From contig OZ242010.1 of the NCBI GenBank assembly GCA_965204745.1, positions 3,104,001 to 3,168,000 of the forward strand: 64,000 nucleotides of DNA. The letters are read 5' to 3'. Both the position numbers and the translations under genes were made by a program. The DNA comes from Candidatus Latescibacterota bacterium (GTDB taxonomy: Bacteria; Latescibacterota; UBA2968). Each line of letters begins with the position of its first letter. The stretch's first letter is position 1. The notes below the pieces were generated by a model, which had not been told where the DNA came from, did not search any database, and saw only the letters and a list, made by a program, of their open reading frames with translations. Positions 46,539 to 57,753 of the stretch are shown here, one piece after another.

Positions 46539-47477
46539 ATGCCCAAAGACAACGCCGTTGTCGATGATTTCATGCAACTGATCGGCGGGACGCCGCTGAT
46601 TCGCTTAACCAGAATGCCGACCCCCGATATGGCCGAGGTCCTGGTCAAGATGGAATCGCTAAACCCGGCGCGCACGGTCAAAGACCGCATTGCCCTGGCG
46701 ATGATCGATGCCGCAGAACGCGCTGGCCGTCTAAAGCCGGGCATGACCATTGTCGAGCCGACCAGTGGCAACACGGGCATTGGGCTGGCGATGGTCGCAA
46801 CCGCACGGGGGTATCGCCTGATTTTGACCATGCCCGATTCCATGAGCCGGGAGAGACGCGATTTGCTCGAGAGTTATGGCGCGGAGTTAATTTTAATACC
46901 GGGGGATTTGGATATGCCCGGTGCCGTGGCCGAAGCCGAGCGGCTCGTGCAGGCGTCGCCCGAGACGACCTTTATGCCGCAACAATTCAACAATCCAGCC
47001 AACCCGGAAATCCACCGCCAAACCACGGCCCGAGAAATTTTAGACGCGGTCGATAGACAACTCCACGCGTTTGTCGCAGGCGTGGGCACGGGGGGCACCA
47101 TTACGGGCGTGGGCGAGGTCTTAAAAGCCGAATTGGACCAGGTGCGCGTGGTCGCGGTTGAACCCGCCAAATCCCCGGTCTTGTCTGGGGGCGAGGCCGG
47201 ATTGCACGGCATTCAAGGCATTGGCGCGGGCTTTGTCCCGGATGTGCTCAACCGCGATGTGTTTGACGAAATCGCGTGCGTGCGCGATGAAGACGCGATT
47301 GAAACCGCGCGCAGATTGGGGCGCGAGGAAGGCATTTTGGCGGGCATATCCGCCGGGGCAAATGTGTTTGCCGCCCTGCAAATCGCCCGCGACCTGGGGC
47401 CGGGAAAGCGCGTGGCAACCGTGATTTGCGATTCCGGCGAGCGATACTTCAGCGTGCCGGAATTTCTAAAGGGATAG
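46539..47477 (+). CDS. cysK: Cysteine synthase A
   Basis: NPARTVKDR, EPTSGNTG, GTGGT, HGIQGIGAG, DSGERY. Confidence 0.92.
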   Translation: MPKDNAVVDDFMQLIGGTPLIRLTRMPTPDMAEVLVKMESLNPARTVKDRIALAMIDAAERAGRLKPGMTIVEPTSGNTGIGLAMVATARGYRLILTMPDSMSRERRDLLESYGAELILIPGDLDMPGAVAEAERLVQASPETTFMPQQFNNPANPEIHRQTTAREILDAVDRQLHAFVAGVGTGGTITGVGEVLKAELDQVRVVAVEPAKSPVLSGGEAGLHGIQGIGAGFVPDVLNRDVFDEIACVRDEDAIETARRLGREEGILAGISAGANVFAALQIARDLGPGKRVATVICDSGERYFSVPEFLKG

Positions 47478-47526
47478 GAAAAACGCCCTCTCGTATCGGC
47501 GGCCGGGCCGAAAAAACAAAGGTCCC

Positions 47527-48066
47527 TAGGTCGTGTTGACATTCACCCGTGCGTGCCCAACCGCGCCACCGTGTCTGAATCGCGGATTAAACGGATTAGG
47601 GGATTGCGCGGATTACCCACCACCGCCCTACCGCAGACCTATCCCCCCGGCCCCCTTTCCTGCGAGGAAAGGGGGAGCGCATGGCTTTCTTAAAGGGTTG
47701 CATCCCTAGTTGCTTTGATGGCTTTGCGCGAATGGATCACGCCATGGAACCCCAAAAACCTATCGCGCAATCCCTCGGAAAACCGCTCACAGTTCCCCCT
47801 TCCTCGCAGGAAGGGGGTTAGGGGGTAGGTCCCCCTCGCTATCCCCCCGGCCCCCTTTCCTACGAGGAAAGGGGGAGCGCATGGCTTTTTGAAGGTTTGT
47901 ATCCCTGGCTGTTCTGATGGCTTTGCGCGAATGGATCACGCCATGAACCCCCAAAAACCGCTCGCCATTCCCCTCGGAAGACCCATCGCCATTCCCCCCT
48001 TCCTCGCAGGCACAGGCGTAGCCTACAACGAAGCGTAGCGAGTAACGGGGTTAGGGGGGTAGGTCC
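47527..48066. repeat. Left composite repeat arm (MITE end + nonamer repeats + two REP units)
   Basis: TAGGTCGTGTTGACATT at 47527; 47569-48066 is an inverted homologue of 52841-53593. Confidence 0.8.
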
Positions 48067-48075
48067 AAAATTTTC

Positions 48076-48103
48076 TTGACAAGAAACGGCGTGGTACTTT
48101 AAT
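48076..48103 (+). promoter_or_regulatory. Possible sigma70 promoter
   Basis: TTGACA-N16-TTTAAT. Confidence 0.4.
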
Positions 48104-48179
48104 TTTTTTACCATCGTTATTTCGTGCCCGCAGGCAAAAGCCATGCCTGTGCAACTCATTATATTTTAGGAGATTTCAG

Positions 48180-51100
48180 ATGATTACCGCCCTTTTCAGA
48201 TCTCGCTTGTTGGCCCTGGTCGCGCTGGGCATGCTGGTGGCATCGGGGCCGGCTTTTGCCCAAACCATCATCGACTACGACACCGACGACGACGGCTACA
48301 TTGAGGTGTCCGGCCACGCACAACTCAACGCCATTCGCAACGACCTCGACGGCGACGGCAATCCCACAGTCGGCGGCTCCAGTGCCTACAACAACGCATT
48401 CCCCAACCGCGACGGCAACGCCGCCACGCGCATGGGTTGCCCCTCAGGAAACTGCGTCGGCTACGAACTCACCGCCAACATCAACCTAACCACCTACACC
48501 AGCTGGGTTCGCATCGGCGACAACACCAACAACTACACAGGCGACTTCAAGGGCAACGGCTACACTATCGACAACCTGACCATCAGCAGTTCCACCACCA
48601 CTTATGTGGGACTATTCGGCGCCATCAGCTCCGCCTCTCGCATCGAGTCCGTCGGCATAACCAACGCCAACGTTACGGGAAGCGAATTCGTCGGCGCTCT
48701 GGTCGGCGGCTCTGGCGGAGAAATCGTCGCCTGCTGGTCCACCGGCAGCGTTACGGCAAGAAGGGTCGTTGGCGGACTGGTCGGATGGACTAACGGCACT
48801 ATCACCTCAAGCTACTCCCACGCATCCGCCACCGGAACCCAAGCATCAACGTCTGATCACGTCGGCGGACTGCTGGGAGCAAGCCAAAGCGGCACCGTAA
48901 GGAACTCCTACTCCACCGGCAGGGTTACCCGCGCCACCGGCGCCACTACTCTAAACGTCGGCGGGTTGATAGGAAGCGGTAGCGCGAACGACGCTCCCGG
49001 TAGTTACTGGGACACCCAAACCAGCGGGTGGGCAACAAGCGCCGGTAGCCAAACCGCGGTGGGCAGAACCACCACCCAGCTCCAGAGCCAGACCACCTAC
49101 GGCGCAACCTCCTCCGATGCCTACTACGGCTGGAACATCGACCTAGACAACGCCGACGGCGACTCCGACACGGCAACCGGCGTGGACGACCCCTGGGACT
49201 TCGCCGGCTCATCGGCTTACCCCACGCTGATATACCACCTCACCGACTACGACACCGACGAAGACGGCTACATCGAGATAGCGAATCTCGCCCAACTCGA
49301 CGCCATCCGCCACAACCTCGGCGGCAACGGACATCCCGCAAGCGACGGTGCTACCGCCTACGGCACGGCATTCCCCAACCGCGTTACCACTGCTTCAAAG
49401 GTCATGGGTTGCCCGTCCGGCGCCTGCACGGGCTACGAACTCGTCGCCGATTTGGACTTCGACAGCGACGGCGACGGCGATGTGGACGCCAACGACCACA
49501 GCGGTGCATACTGGGACAGCGGCGCCGGCTGGACGCCCATCGGCGTTGACAACCCTCCAAGCAGCAGATTCGTAACCACCCTCAAAGGCAACGGCCACAC
49601 TATCAACAACCTGCTCATCAATCGCAACAGCACTAACCAAGGGCTGTTCGCCGCCGTCGGAAGCGGCGCCCGCATCGAAGCCCTCGGCATAACCAACGCC
49701 AGTGTCACCGCAAGTGATTATGTCGGCATTCTAACCGCCAACAATTACGGCGAAATCGTCGCCTGTTACACCACCGGCACGATAAGCGCCACAGATTTTA
49801 TCGGCGGGTTGGCAGGCTTCATGTTCGGCGGCGCTTCAACCTTTATCCACTCTAGCCACTCCACCGCTTCCGTCACTTCCACCACTTCATCTACAAATGT
49901 AGCAGGGCTTGTGGGGCGTATCACCACCGGTTCTGTAACAAACTCATACTCCATAGGCGCGGTTAGCTCCGGCGGAGGAGGGTTAATAGGGAGTAATAAC
50001 TCAGGCACCGCAACCGCTAGCTACTGGGACACCACAACCAGCGGCCGCGCCACCAGCGCGCTCGGAACGGGCTACGCCACCGCCGACCTCCGCGGCCCCA
50101 CCGACTACACCGCCGGTAGCATATACGCCGACTGGAACGCCAACATCGACGGACAGACGGGCAACGACGACCCGTGGTACTTCGGCACCTCCAGACAGTA
50201 CCCGTCGCTGAAGTACGGCGGATTAGACCTCTCAAAGCAGGGCGCCGGCGACTACGACTCGGACAATGACCGCCTAATCGAAGTCTCCAATCTCGCTCAA
50301 CTCAACGCGGTGCGCCACGACAGAGACGGCAACGGCGATCCCGCAAGCGGCGGTGCTGCAACGTACAACGCCGCATTCCCCAACCGCGACAGCCGCTCCG
50401 GCAGCCGAATGGGTTGCCCATCTAGCTGCACGGGCTACGAACTCATCGCCGACCTCGACTTCGACAGCGACGGAGACGGCGACGTGGACATCAACGACCA
50501 CGGCGGCGCCTACTGGAACAGCGGCGCCGGCTGGACGCCCATCGGCGATGACACCTCGGAGTCCGCAAGATACTCAGCCGTTTTCAAAGGCAACGGTCAC
50601 ACCGTCAACAACCTGTTCATCGGCGGTAGCAACGATGACCGAGGGCTGTTCGGCTCTACTCACACCACTTCCCGCATCGAAACACTCGGCGTAACCAACG
50701 CCAATGTCCGCGGAGACGAGTATGTCGCCATTCTGGTAGGCTCCCTTTACGGCACTGTCGTCGCCTGCTACACCACCGGCGCGGTAATCGGCACTGGCAC
50801 CGGCGCACTCCCCAACTACGGGACTGCTGGTGGGTTAGTAGGATGGGCGGGCCTGTCCAATACTGCGACTGTCAGCTCTAGCTACTCCACCGCCTCCGTC
50901 ACCGGGATATCGAGAGTCGGAGGGCTTGTAGGGATGGGGCAAAACGTCACTATAACAAACTCTTACGCCATCGGCCGGGTTACCCGCACCTCCGGTGGTG
51001 GGATAAACGTCAGGGGGCTAGTAGGATGGGTACAGAGTGGCTCTGTAACCACTAGCTACTGCGACACCGAGACAGGCGGATGGTCCAACTGTAGCGGCAA

Positions 51101-52703
51101 CTCCGTAACCGGCGCCATAAGCAAAACCACCAGCGAGCTCCAGAGCCCCACTACCTACGGTGCCACCACCAACGACACCTACTACGGCTGGAACGTCAAC
51201 CTCGACGGACAAGCCGGCAACGACGATCCGTGGGCCTTTGGCGCGATGGATCAGTATCCGGTCTTGAAGTATGCCGGCTTTGACACCACCGCGCAATTTC
51301 AACTCCAACCCGCGAGAGTGACATTGACCCTGACGTCCTCGACGATCTCGGAAAGCGGTGGGATGAGCACCGTGACCGCGACGCTGGCACACCCGTTGAG
51401 CGCGGCGACGACGATCACGGTGCGTCCTGTGACCGGTGCTTACACGGTGGGGATGGATTCGACGATCACCATCGCGGCCGGGCAAACCGCGAACGCGTCG
51501 GATACAGTGATCATCACAGCGGTGGACAATACCCAAGACGCGCCTAATCGCAACGTGGACTTGTCCGTTGTGTTAGACAACCCCCAGGGCAGGGTGGTCA
51601 GCTCGACTGCGATAACGATCACCGATGATGACGCACCGCCGATGCTCTTGATCGATTCGCCGAGTGCGGTTGAGGGCACTGCCCTGACGTTCACCGTTAG
51701 ATTGAATGCGGTGAGCGGCAAGGAGGTGACGGTGGCGTATGCAGACGCGGGCACGGGCACCGCGACTTCGGGGACCGATTACACCGCGCTTACCGCAGGG
51801 ACCCTGACCTTTGCGGCGGGCACGACCATGACCAGCCAGACCTTCGATGTTACTGTGACCGGCGACTCGGATGATGAGCCGAACGAGACCGTGATCGTGA
51901 CTTTGAGCAACGCGGTCAATGCCACCTTTGATGGCGGGGCTACGAGCCTCACCGGCACCGGTACGATTATCGATGACGATGGCACGCCTGCGCTGAGTAT
52001 CGGTTCGCCAAGCGTGATTGAAGGCGCGACCAGCGCGACCCTGACCTTTCGGGTGTACCTACGCCCAGCGCACACGGCACAAGTGACGGTGGCGTATGCA
52101 GACGCGGGCACGGGCACCGCGACTTCGGGGACCGATTACACCGCGCTCACCGCAGGAACCCTGACCTTCACGGTAGGCGATACCATCCAGACCATCCCTG
52201 TTTCTGTGACCGACGACTCGGATGATGAGCCGAACGAGACCGTGATCGTGACGCTGAGCAGTGCGACCAATGCGACCATAAGCACGGCGCAAGGCACAGG
52301 GACGATTATCGATGACGAAACCTCGAGTGCCAACTTGGATGTGGATGGCGATGGCCGGGTGAGATTGTTCTCGGATATAATCCTGGTCATTCGATATGTC
52401 CTCTTCTTCCGGAACGAGGCCCTCCTCAGAGGGAACGTCATCGAGCAAACTGCCACGCGCACGACCGCTCAAGAAATTGAACCCTACCTCGACACGTTGG
52501 TCAATCAGAACATTCTCGATGTGGATGGCGATGGCGATGTGAGGCTGTTCTCGGATATAATCCTGATCATTCGATACGTCCTCTTCTTCCGGAACGAGGC
52601 CCTCGTCAGAGGGAACGTCATCGAGCAAACTGCTACGCGCATGACCGCTCAAGCCATTGAACCCTACATCCGAAGCCTCTATCCCGACTCCCACTTCCAA
52701 TGA
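48180..52703 (+). CDS. Large secreted adhesin-like protein: three ~330-aa GLUG-motif repeats, Calx-beta domains, tandem C-terminal EF-hand-like repeats
   Basis: Signal peptide; DYDTDDDGYIE x3; VGGLVG motifs; GTATSGTDY..GTLTF..DDEPNET x2; LDVDGDG.VRLFSDIIL x2. Confidence 0.85.
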   Translation: MITALFRSRLLALVALGMLVASGPAFAQTIIDYDTDDDGYIEVSGHAQLNAIRNDLDGDGNPTVGGSSAYNNAFPNRDGNAATRMGCPSGNCVGYELTANINLTTYTSWVRIGDNTNNYTGDFKGNGYTIDNLTISSSTTTYVGLFGAISSASRIESVGITNANVTGSEFVGALVGGSGGEIVACWSTGSVTARRVVGGLVGWTNGTITSSYSHASATGTQASTSDHVGGLLGASQSGTVRNSYSTGRVTRATGATTLNVGGLIGSGSANDAPGSYWDTQTSGWATSAGSQTAVGRTTTQLQSQTTYGATSSDAYYGWNIDLDNADGDSDTATGVDDPWDFAGSSAYPTLIYHLTDYDTDEDGYIEIANLAQLDAIRHNLGGNGHPASDGATAYGTAFPNRVTTASKVMGCPSGACTGYELVADLDFDSDGDGDVDANDHSGAYWDSGAGWTPIGVDNPPSSRFVTTLKGNGHTINNLLINRNSTNQGLFAAVGSGARIEALGITNASVTASDYVGILTANNYGEIVACYTTGTISATDFIGGLAGFMFGGASTFIHSSHSTASVTSTTSSTNVAGLVGRITTGSVTNSYSIGAVSSGGGGLIGSNNSGTATASYWDTTTSGRATSALGTGYATADLRGPTDYTAGSIYADWNANIDGQTGNDDPWYFGTSRQYPSLKYGGLDLSKQGAGDYDSDNDRLIEVSNLAQLNAVRHDRDGNGDPASGGAATYNAAFPNRDSRSGSRMGCPSSCTGYELIADLDFDSDGDGDVDINDHGGAYWNSGAGWTPIGDDTSESARYSAVFKGNGHTVNNLFIGGSNDDRGLFGSTHTTSRIETLGVTNANVRGDEYVAILVGSLYGTVVACYTTGAVIGTGTGALPNYGTAGGLVGWAGLSNTATVSSSYSTASVTGISRVGGLVGMGQNVTITNSYAIGRVTRTSGGGINVRGLVGWVQSGSVTTSYCDTETGGWSNCSGNSVTGAISKTTSELQSPTTYGATTNDTYYGWNVNLDGQAGNDDPWAFGAMDQYPVLKYAGFDTTAQFQLQPARVTLTLTSSTISESGGMSTVTATLAHPLSAATTITVRPVTGAYTVGMDSTITIAAGQTANASDTVIITAVDNTQDAPNRNVDLSVVLDNPQGRVVSSTAITITDDDAPPMLLIDSPSAVEGTALTFTVRLNAVSGKEVTVAYADAGTGTATSGTDYTALTAGTLTFAAGTTMTSQTFDVTVTGDSDDEPNETVIVTLSNAVNATFDGGATSLTGTGTIIDDDGTPALSIGSPSVIEGATSATLTFRVYLRPAHTAQVTVAYADAGTGTATSGTDYTALTAGTLTFTVGDTIQTIPVSVTDDSDDEPNETVIVTLSSATNATISTAQGTGTIIDDETSSANLDVDGDGRVRLFSDIILVIRYVLFFRNEALLRGNVIEQTATRTTAQEIEPYLDTLVNQNILDVDGDGDVRLFSDIILIIRYVLFFRNEALVRGNVIEQTATRMTAQAIEPYIRSLYPDSHFQ

Positions 52704-52804
52704 AAGCCTGTTCCCTGACCGCCACAGATGAAGATGGCGATGTGAATTTCGCCGACTTTGGCACCTAAGGCTAAACGACGAAAGATGCGAAATGAAAAAC
52801 AAAA

Positions 52805-52839
52805 GCCCGGGTTCCCAGTGAACTCGGGCGTTACTTTTT
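52805..52839 (+). terminator. Probable intrinsic terminator
   Basis: GCCCGGGTTC...GAACTCGGGC stem plus T-rich tail. Confidence 0.6.
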
Positions 52840-52840
52840 G

Positions 52841-53593
52841 GTACCTATCCCCCTAACCCCCCTTCCTGCAAGGAAGGGGGGAATGGCGAGAGGTTTTCCG
52901 AGGGATTGCGCGATGGGGGTTTGGGTTTCTATGGCGTGATCCATTCGCTCAAAGCCATCAAAACAGGCCTGGATGCAAACCTTTCAGAAAGCCATGCGCT
53001 CCCCCTTTCCTCGCAGGCACAGGCGTAGCCTACAATGAGCGAAGCGAATAACGGGGGCCGGGGGGATAGGGCTTGCGAGGTGGGACCTACCCCCTGGCCC
53101 CCTTCCTACGAGGAAGGGGGAATGGCGAGAGGAATGGCGAGGGATTGCGCGAGGGGGGTTTGGGTTTCTATGGCGTGATCCATTCGCTCAAAGCCATCAA
53201 AACAGCCAGGGATACAAACCTTCAAGAAAGCCATGCGCTCCCCCTTTCCTTGTAGGCACAGGCGTAGCCTACAATGAGCGAAGCGAATAACGGGGGCCGG
53301 GGGGATAGGTCGCATTTTCATGGCGCGATCCATTCGCGCAAAGCCATCAAAACAGCCAGGGATACAAACCTTTCAGAAAGCCATGCGCTCCCCCTTTCCT
53401 TGTAGGCACAGGCGTAGCCTACAATGAGCGAAGCGAATAACGGGGGCCGGGGGGATAGGGCTATGGCGGTAGGGCGGTGGGTGGCTCTCGCCTCTTACCT
53501 CTTGCCTCTTACTTGGGGACAGGGCTTGCGGCGGGGCGGTGGGTGGTAATCCGCGCAATCCCCTAATCCGTTTAATCCGCGATTCAGACACGG
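52841..53593. repeat. Right composite repeat arm (three REP units + nonamer repeats), inverted relative to the left arm
   Basis: Reverse complement of 53593-53540 matches 47569-47620; REP units match 47637-48066. Confidence 0.8.
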
Positions 53594-53703
53594 CGGGGTG
53601 GGGCAGGGTTGCGAACTGATCGCTGGTTTATTATATACTTAGAACAGGCACGCACGGGCGGATGGGCGGAGCGGTGAACTGACCACTATCTTAGGAGATT
53701 ATC

Positions 53704-54744
53704 ATGAGCGATGTTCCCAATTATTTGAAAGACCACGCCGACCTTTACGCCCGCGATCCGCGTGTTGCGGCGCTGGCGTGGTTTCGCCAAGCGCGTTACG
53801 GCTTGTTCTTGCACTATGGGCTGTACTCCCTGCTGGGACGGCACGAGTGGGTGCAACTGCGCGAACTCATCCCCGTCGCCGAATACGCGAAGTTGATGCG
53901 CGATTTTCGGGCCGAGCGGTTCGACGCGGAACGCATCGCGCAATTTGCCGTTGATTGCGAGATGAAATACATCAACATCACCACGCGGCACCACGATTCG
54001 TTTTGCCTGTTTGAAACGGCGGAAACGGAGTTCAACAGCGTCAATGCCGCGGCCGGGCGCGATCTGATCAAAGAACTGGCCGCAGCGTGTGATCGGCGCG
54101 GCTTGGGATTGTGCTTGTACTATTCCCACGGGCGGGACTGGAAGCACCCGCACGCGCCCAACAATGGCGAATGGGGCGGGCAAGCGCGACCCAAATACGA
54201 CCCGGCCGAGCCGAGCTATGCCACGGGCGCGGCGCACGATTTGCAAATCTATCTCGATTTTATGAAGGCGCAAATCACGGAACTGCTCTCGAATTACGGG
54301 CCTGTGGCGGCCATCTGGCTGGACGGGATCGCCGTGCCCAACAGCGGGGACAAAACGAAATTTCAGTGTCAACAACTCTACGATTACATCCACAGCTCGC
54401 AACCCCAAGTGCTGGTTTCCTACAAGCAGGGCCTGCTGGGCACGGAAGATTTTCAAGCTCCCGAACACCGCGCTTTGGAAGAGATCGCCAAGCCCACGGA
54501 AATTTGCACGACCATGTGCTCCGGGCCTGGGGGCAAAGGCGTGTCCTGGGGCTATCTCGCCGAAGGCGGGCATCACAAAAACGCTGACGAAGTTTGGGAC
54601 ACACTGGCGACAGCGCGGCAGAGCGGTTGCAATTTGCTGTTGAACACCGGCCCCTTGCCGGATGGGTCCCTCGACGAAGCAGATGTTCAGGTGTTGCTGT
54701 CCGTTGGCGAGCGCATCAAAAAAGAGGGATTTCCCGGCGAGTGA
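53704..54744 (+). CDS. Alpha-L-fucosidase (GH29)
   Basis: WFRQARYGLFLHYG, TRHHDSFCL, LYYS, WLDG, NLLLNTGP. Confidence 0.88.
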   Translation: MSDVPNYLKDHADLYARDPRVAALAWFRQARYGLFLHYGLYSLLGRHEWVQLRELIPVAEYAKLMRDFRAERFDAERIAQFAVDCEMKYINITTRHHDSFCLFETAETEFNSVNAAAGRDLIKELAAACDRRGLGLCLYYSHGRDWKHPHAPNNGEWGGQARPKYDPAEPSYATGAAHDLQIYLDFMKAQITELLSNYGPVAAIWLDGIAVPNSGDKTKFQCQQLYDYIHSSQPQVLVSYKQGLLGTEDFQAPEHRALEEIAKPTEICTTMCSGPGGKGVSWGYLAEGGHHKNADEVWDTLATARQSGCNLLLNTGPLPDGSLDEADVQVLLSVGERIKKEGFPGE

Positions 54745-54836
54745 CCTACCCCCTGGCAGGAAGGGGAATCGAGCTCGCCAAAAAAACATCGATTCAGGGA
54801 GGGGCCGAGGGAGGGGTCCCATACTGCGGAGCGCGC

Positions 54837-56795
54837 ATGGCAAGTCATCTCGAAGACATCGATCCAAATCCCGCGCCTCATGCCCGGCGGTCGCCGTGGT
54901 GGGCCATTGTCATCGCCGTGTCGATCACGGTGGGCATGAACGCGGTCATCCCCTATACCCATCATTACATGCACACCATTTCACTGGTTGAAGGCATGAT
55001 TCCGATGGGTATTTTTATGCCGTTTCTCGTGCTGATTTTTGTCGTCAATCCCGTGTTGCGCGCGCTCGGGTACGCGTTGCAACCGTGGGAATTGATTTTC
55101 ATTTTTGCGGTCGGGTACGCGAGCATGTCCATCAACGAATTGCTGGGCCGCGTGCTGGCGACTTATGCGGTGATGCACTACATGGCGACGCCTGAAAACC
55201 TGTGGGAAGAATACGTTTTCGGGCTGGTGCAACCCTATCTCGTGGTCGAAGATGCCGACGAGCAACTGGCGTGGTTTTACGAGGGCCTGCCGCGCAATGC
55301 GACGATTCCCTGGGCGATCTGGCTGCGGCCCACATTTTGGTGGCTGAGTTTTATCGCCGCCCTCGGCATTGGCTCCGTCGCGTTGGCAACGATTTTGCGC
55401 CGGCAATGGGTGGAGCAAGAGCGGTTGCCGTTTCCCTTTGCACAGGTGGCCGAGGAATTGGCCGAAACCGCAGGGCCAAACGGGTTTCCCGAGTATATGA
55501 AACAACCCTTGTTCTGGGCCGGTTTTGCCATTCCGGCCGGGATTGTGCTGTGGTATATCATCGGGTACTTCGACCCCAGTTTTCCGGTGATTACCGTGGG
55601 GATTCAGAATCACAACATCTCGTTGGGACGCTATGTGCCCTCCCTGCACGGGCGGCTCAACTTTTTGATCATCGGCTTTGCGTATTTTACCGACTTGCAG
55701 GTTTTGTTTTCGATCTGGGTGTTCTGGGTGCTCACTTGGCTTCAAATCGGCATCACCAATCGCATGGGCCTAGCCGAGGGCTTGGGCGAGTTCGCCGGGA
55801 CGCGACAGCAGGCATTGGGCGGTTTTATCGTCTTTTGCCTGTGGGGATTGTGGATTGCGCGCTTCCACCTCAAGGCGGTTTTTCAACACGCATTTCGCAA
55901 GGCCAAGTGTATGGACGATCAGAATGAACTGATGTCTTACCGCGTGGCGGTGGTCGCGTTTTTGGCCTGCGCGTCCTTCGTGATGTTCTGGTTGTTCAAG
56001 GGGGGCATGACGCCGCTTTGGGCCGCGGTGGTCACGGTGTTCTGGTTCGTGTTTTACGCGGGATTTGCCAAAATTGTCGCCATGACGGGATTGGTCTTTC
56101 TCGAATCCCCGAGCAGCTTGGGCACGGGCATGATGGGGTTCGCGCCGCCCGATTCCCTGTCGCCCAATACGATTGCCGTGCGACAACAGGTGGGCAGCCT
56201 GTATCAAAATGGCAAGAGTTTTACCATGCCCGCTGCCGCGCACGCCGCCCGCTTGGGCACTGGGCTGGGCAATCGCGTGCGCGTGTTGGGCATCGCCATC
56301 GCGGTCGCCTTTGTGTTTTCGCTCATCGTAGCCGCCGCATCCACCATTTATTTGGGCTATCAGGATGGCGCGTTTAATTTTGGCTCGTACATGTTTCGCG
56401 TGGCGGCCCCGCGTTATTACGATGGCATCGTGTCGTCCATCCGCGACATTGGCAAGGAAACCCATTACGGCCTTCGGATGGGCTTTACCGCCTTTGGCGC
56501 GCTGGCTATGGGCGTTTTGACCCTGTGTCAGTACCGTTTTACGTGGTGGCCCCTGCATCCCATTGGTTTTACAGTGGTGACGTTTTATTCCGCACGCACC
56601 GCGATTCTGTCCGTCTTTGTGACGTGGCTCGTCAAGTTGATCGTACTCCGCTTGGGCGGCATCGCGCTCTACCGCAAGGCAAAACCCTTTTTCATCGGCA
56701 TGATCGTGGGCTACACCCTGTCGCTCATCGCGAGCATGATCGTCGATCTGATCTGGTTCCCCGGGCAAGGGCACAATTTGTTTTGGGGGGATTGA
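54837..56795 (+). CDS. DUF6785/DUF6784-like polytopic membrane protein
   Basis: QWVEQERLPFP, WWPLHPIG, DLIWFPGQGH. Confidence 0.7.
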   Translation: MASHLEDIDPNPAPHARRSPWWAIVIAVSITVGMNAVIPYTHHYMHTISLVEGMIPMGIFMPFLVLIFVVNPVLRALGYALQPWELIFIFAVGYASMSINELLGRVLATYAVMHYMATPENLWEEYVFGLVQPYLVVEDADEQLAWFYEGLPRNATIPWAIWLRPTFWWLSFIAALGIGSVALATILRRQWVEQERLPFPFAQVAEELAETAGPNGFPEYMKQPLFWAGFAIPAGIVLWYIIGYFDPSFPVITVGIQNHNISLGRYVPSLHGRLNFLIIGFAYFTDLQVLFSIWVFWVLTWLQIGITNRMGLAEGLGEFAGTRQQALGGFIVFCLWGLWIARFHLKAVFQHAFRKAKCMDDQNELMSYRVAVVAFLACASFVMFWLFKGGMTPLWAAVVTVFWFVFYAGFAKIVAMTGLVFLESPSSLGTGMMGFAPPDSLSPNTIAVRQQVGSLYQNGKSFTMPAAAHAARLGTGLGNRVRVLGIAIAVAFVFSLIVAAASTIYLGYQDGAFNFGSYMFRVAAPRYYDGIVSSIRDIGKETHYGLRMGFTAFGALAMGVLTLCQYRFTWWPLHPIGFTVVTFYSARTAILSVFVTWLVKLIVLRLGGIALYRKAKPFFIGMIVGYTLSLIASMIVDLIWFPGQGHNLFWGD

Positions 56796-57016
56796 GGGCA
56801 GTGGTTAGGGGGCAGGCCCCATCCAAAAGTGAGATGGGGGTTAGCCACAAAAGGCACAAAAGGCACAAAAGGGGTACAACTGGCGACAGCTAATTCAGAG
56901 GTGAGCAGTGTGTAGGGGCGATGCCCCCGTGCTCGCCCAAGATACGAGAGGTAAGACACGAGATGAATCCGCGCAATCCGCGTAATCCGTTTAATCCGCG
57001 ATCCCCTTTTTGCACC

Positions 57017-57045
57017 TTGACAAATCCGACATGTAAAAGTATATT
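57017..57045 (+). promoter_or_regulatory. Sigma70 promoter of ssb
   Basis: TTGACA-N17-TATATT. Confidence 0.7.
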
Positions 57046-57111
57046 CGCAATAATTCAACAGGGTCGTGCCATGTCCCTGAAAACCTTTATCCTATTCTAA
57101 GGAGGCCAAGT

Positions 57112-57606
57112 ATGGCACGAGGAATCAACAAGGTGATTTTGATCGGCAATGCAGGTGCCGATCCCGAACTGCGATACACGCCAGGAGGCAGCGCAGTGTC
57201 GAATTTTAGCATCGCCACCAATGAAAGCTGGACCAACAGCAGTGGCGAGAGGCAAGAACGCACCGAATGGCACCGCATTGTGGTGTGGGGGCGTTTGGCT
57301 GAAATTTGCAACCAGTATTTGCGAAAGGGCAGCAAGGTCTATATCGAAGGCAAGTTGCAAACGAGCAGTTGGGAGGGGCAAGACGGGGTGAAACGCTACA
57401 CCACGGAAGTGGTCGCCCGCGAGATGCAACTGCTCGACTCGCGCAGTGATATGGATGGCAACTATGGCGGTGGCGCGCCACAGTCGCAACCGGTAGCCCC
57501 ACAGCCACAGGCAGCCGCAACAACCACCGCGCCTGCACAGGACCAGGGCGGCACGTCCGAACCCGACTCCCCGCCTTATACCGCAGACGACGACCTGCCA
57601 TTTTAA
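57112..57606 (+). CDS. ssb: Single-stranded DNA-binding protein
   Basis: [17 protein letters not shown]-terminal DDLPF. Confidence 0.97.
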   Translation: MARGINKVILIGNAGADPELRYTPGGSAVSNFSIATNESWTNSSGERQERTEWHRIVVWGRLAEICNQYLRKGSKVYIEGKLQTSSWEGQDGVKRYTTEVVAREMQLLDSRSDMDGNYGGGAPQSQPVAPQPQAAATTTAPAQDQGGTSEPDSPPYTADDDLPF

Positions 57607-57640
57607 GGCGTTTTGCTGACGCAACTAGGTGCTAGACTTC

Positions 57641-57680
57641 AGCCCGCGGGTTTCTTTTAGACCTGCGGGCTTTGTTATTT
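57641..57680 (+). terminator. Intrinsic terminator after ssb
   Basis: AGCCCGCGGGT...ACCTGCGGGCT stem plus T-rich tail. Confidence 0.75.
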
Positions 57681-57753
57681 GGGGACTTCGTGGTTGCTTT
57701 CCGAACAATTTTTTTTATTTTGCAAAAATCACACCCCACATTTGGAGGCAGAC

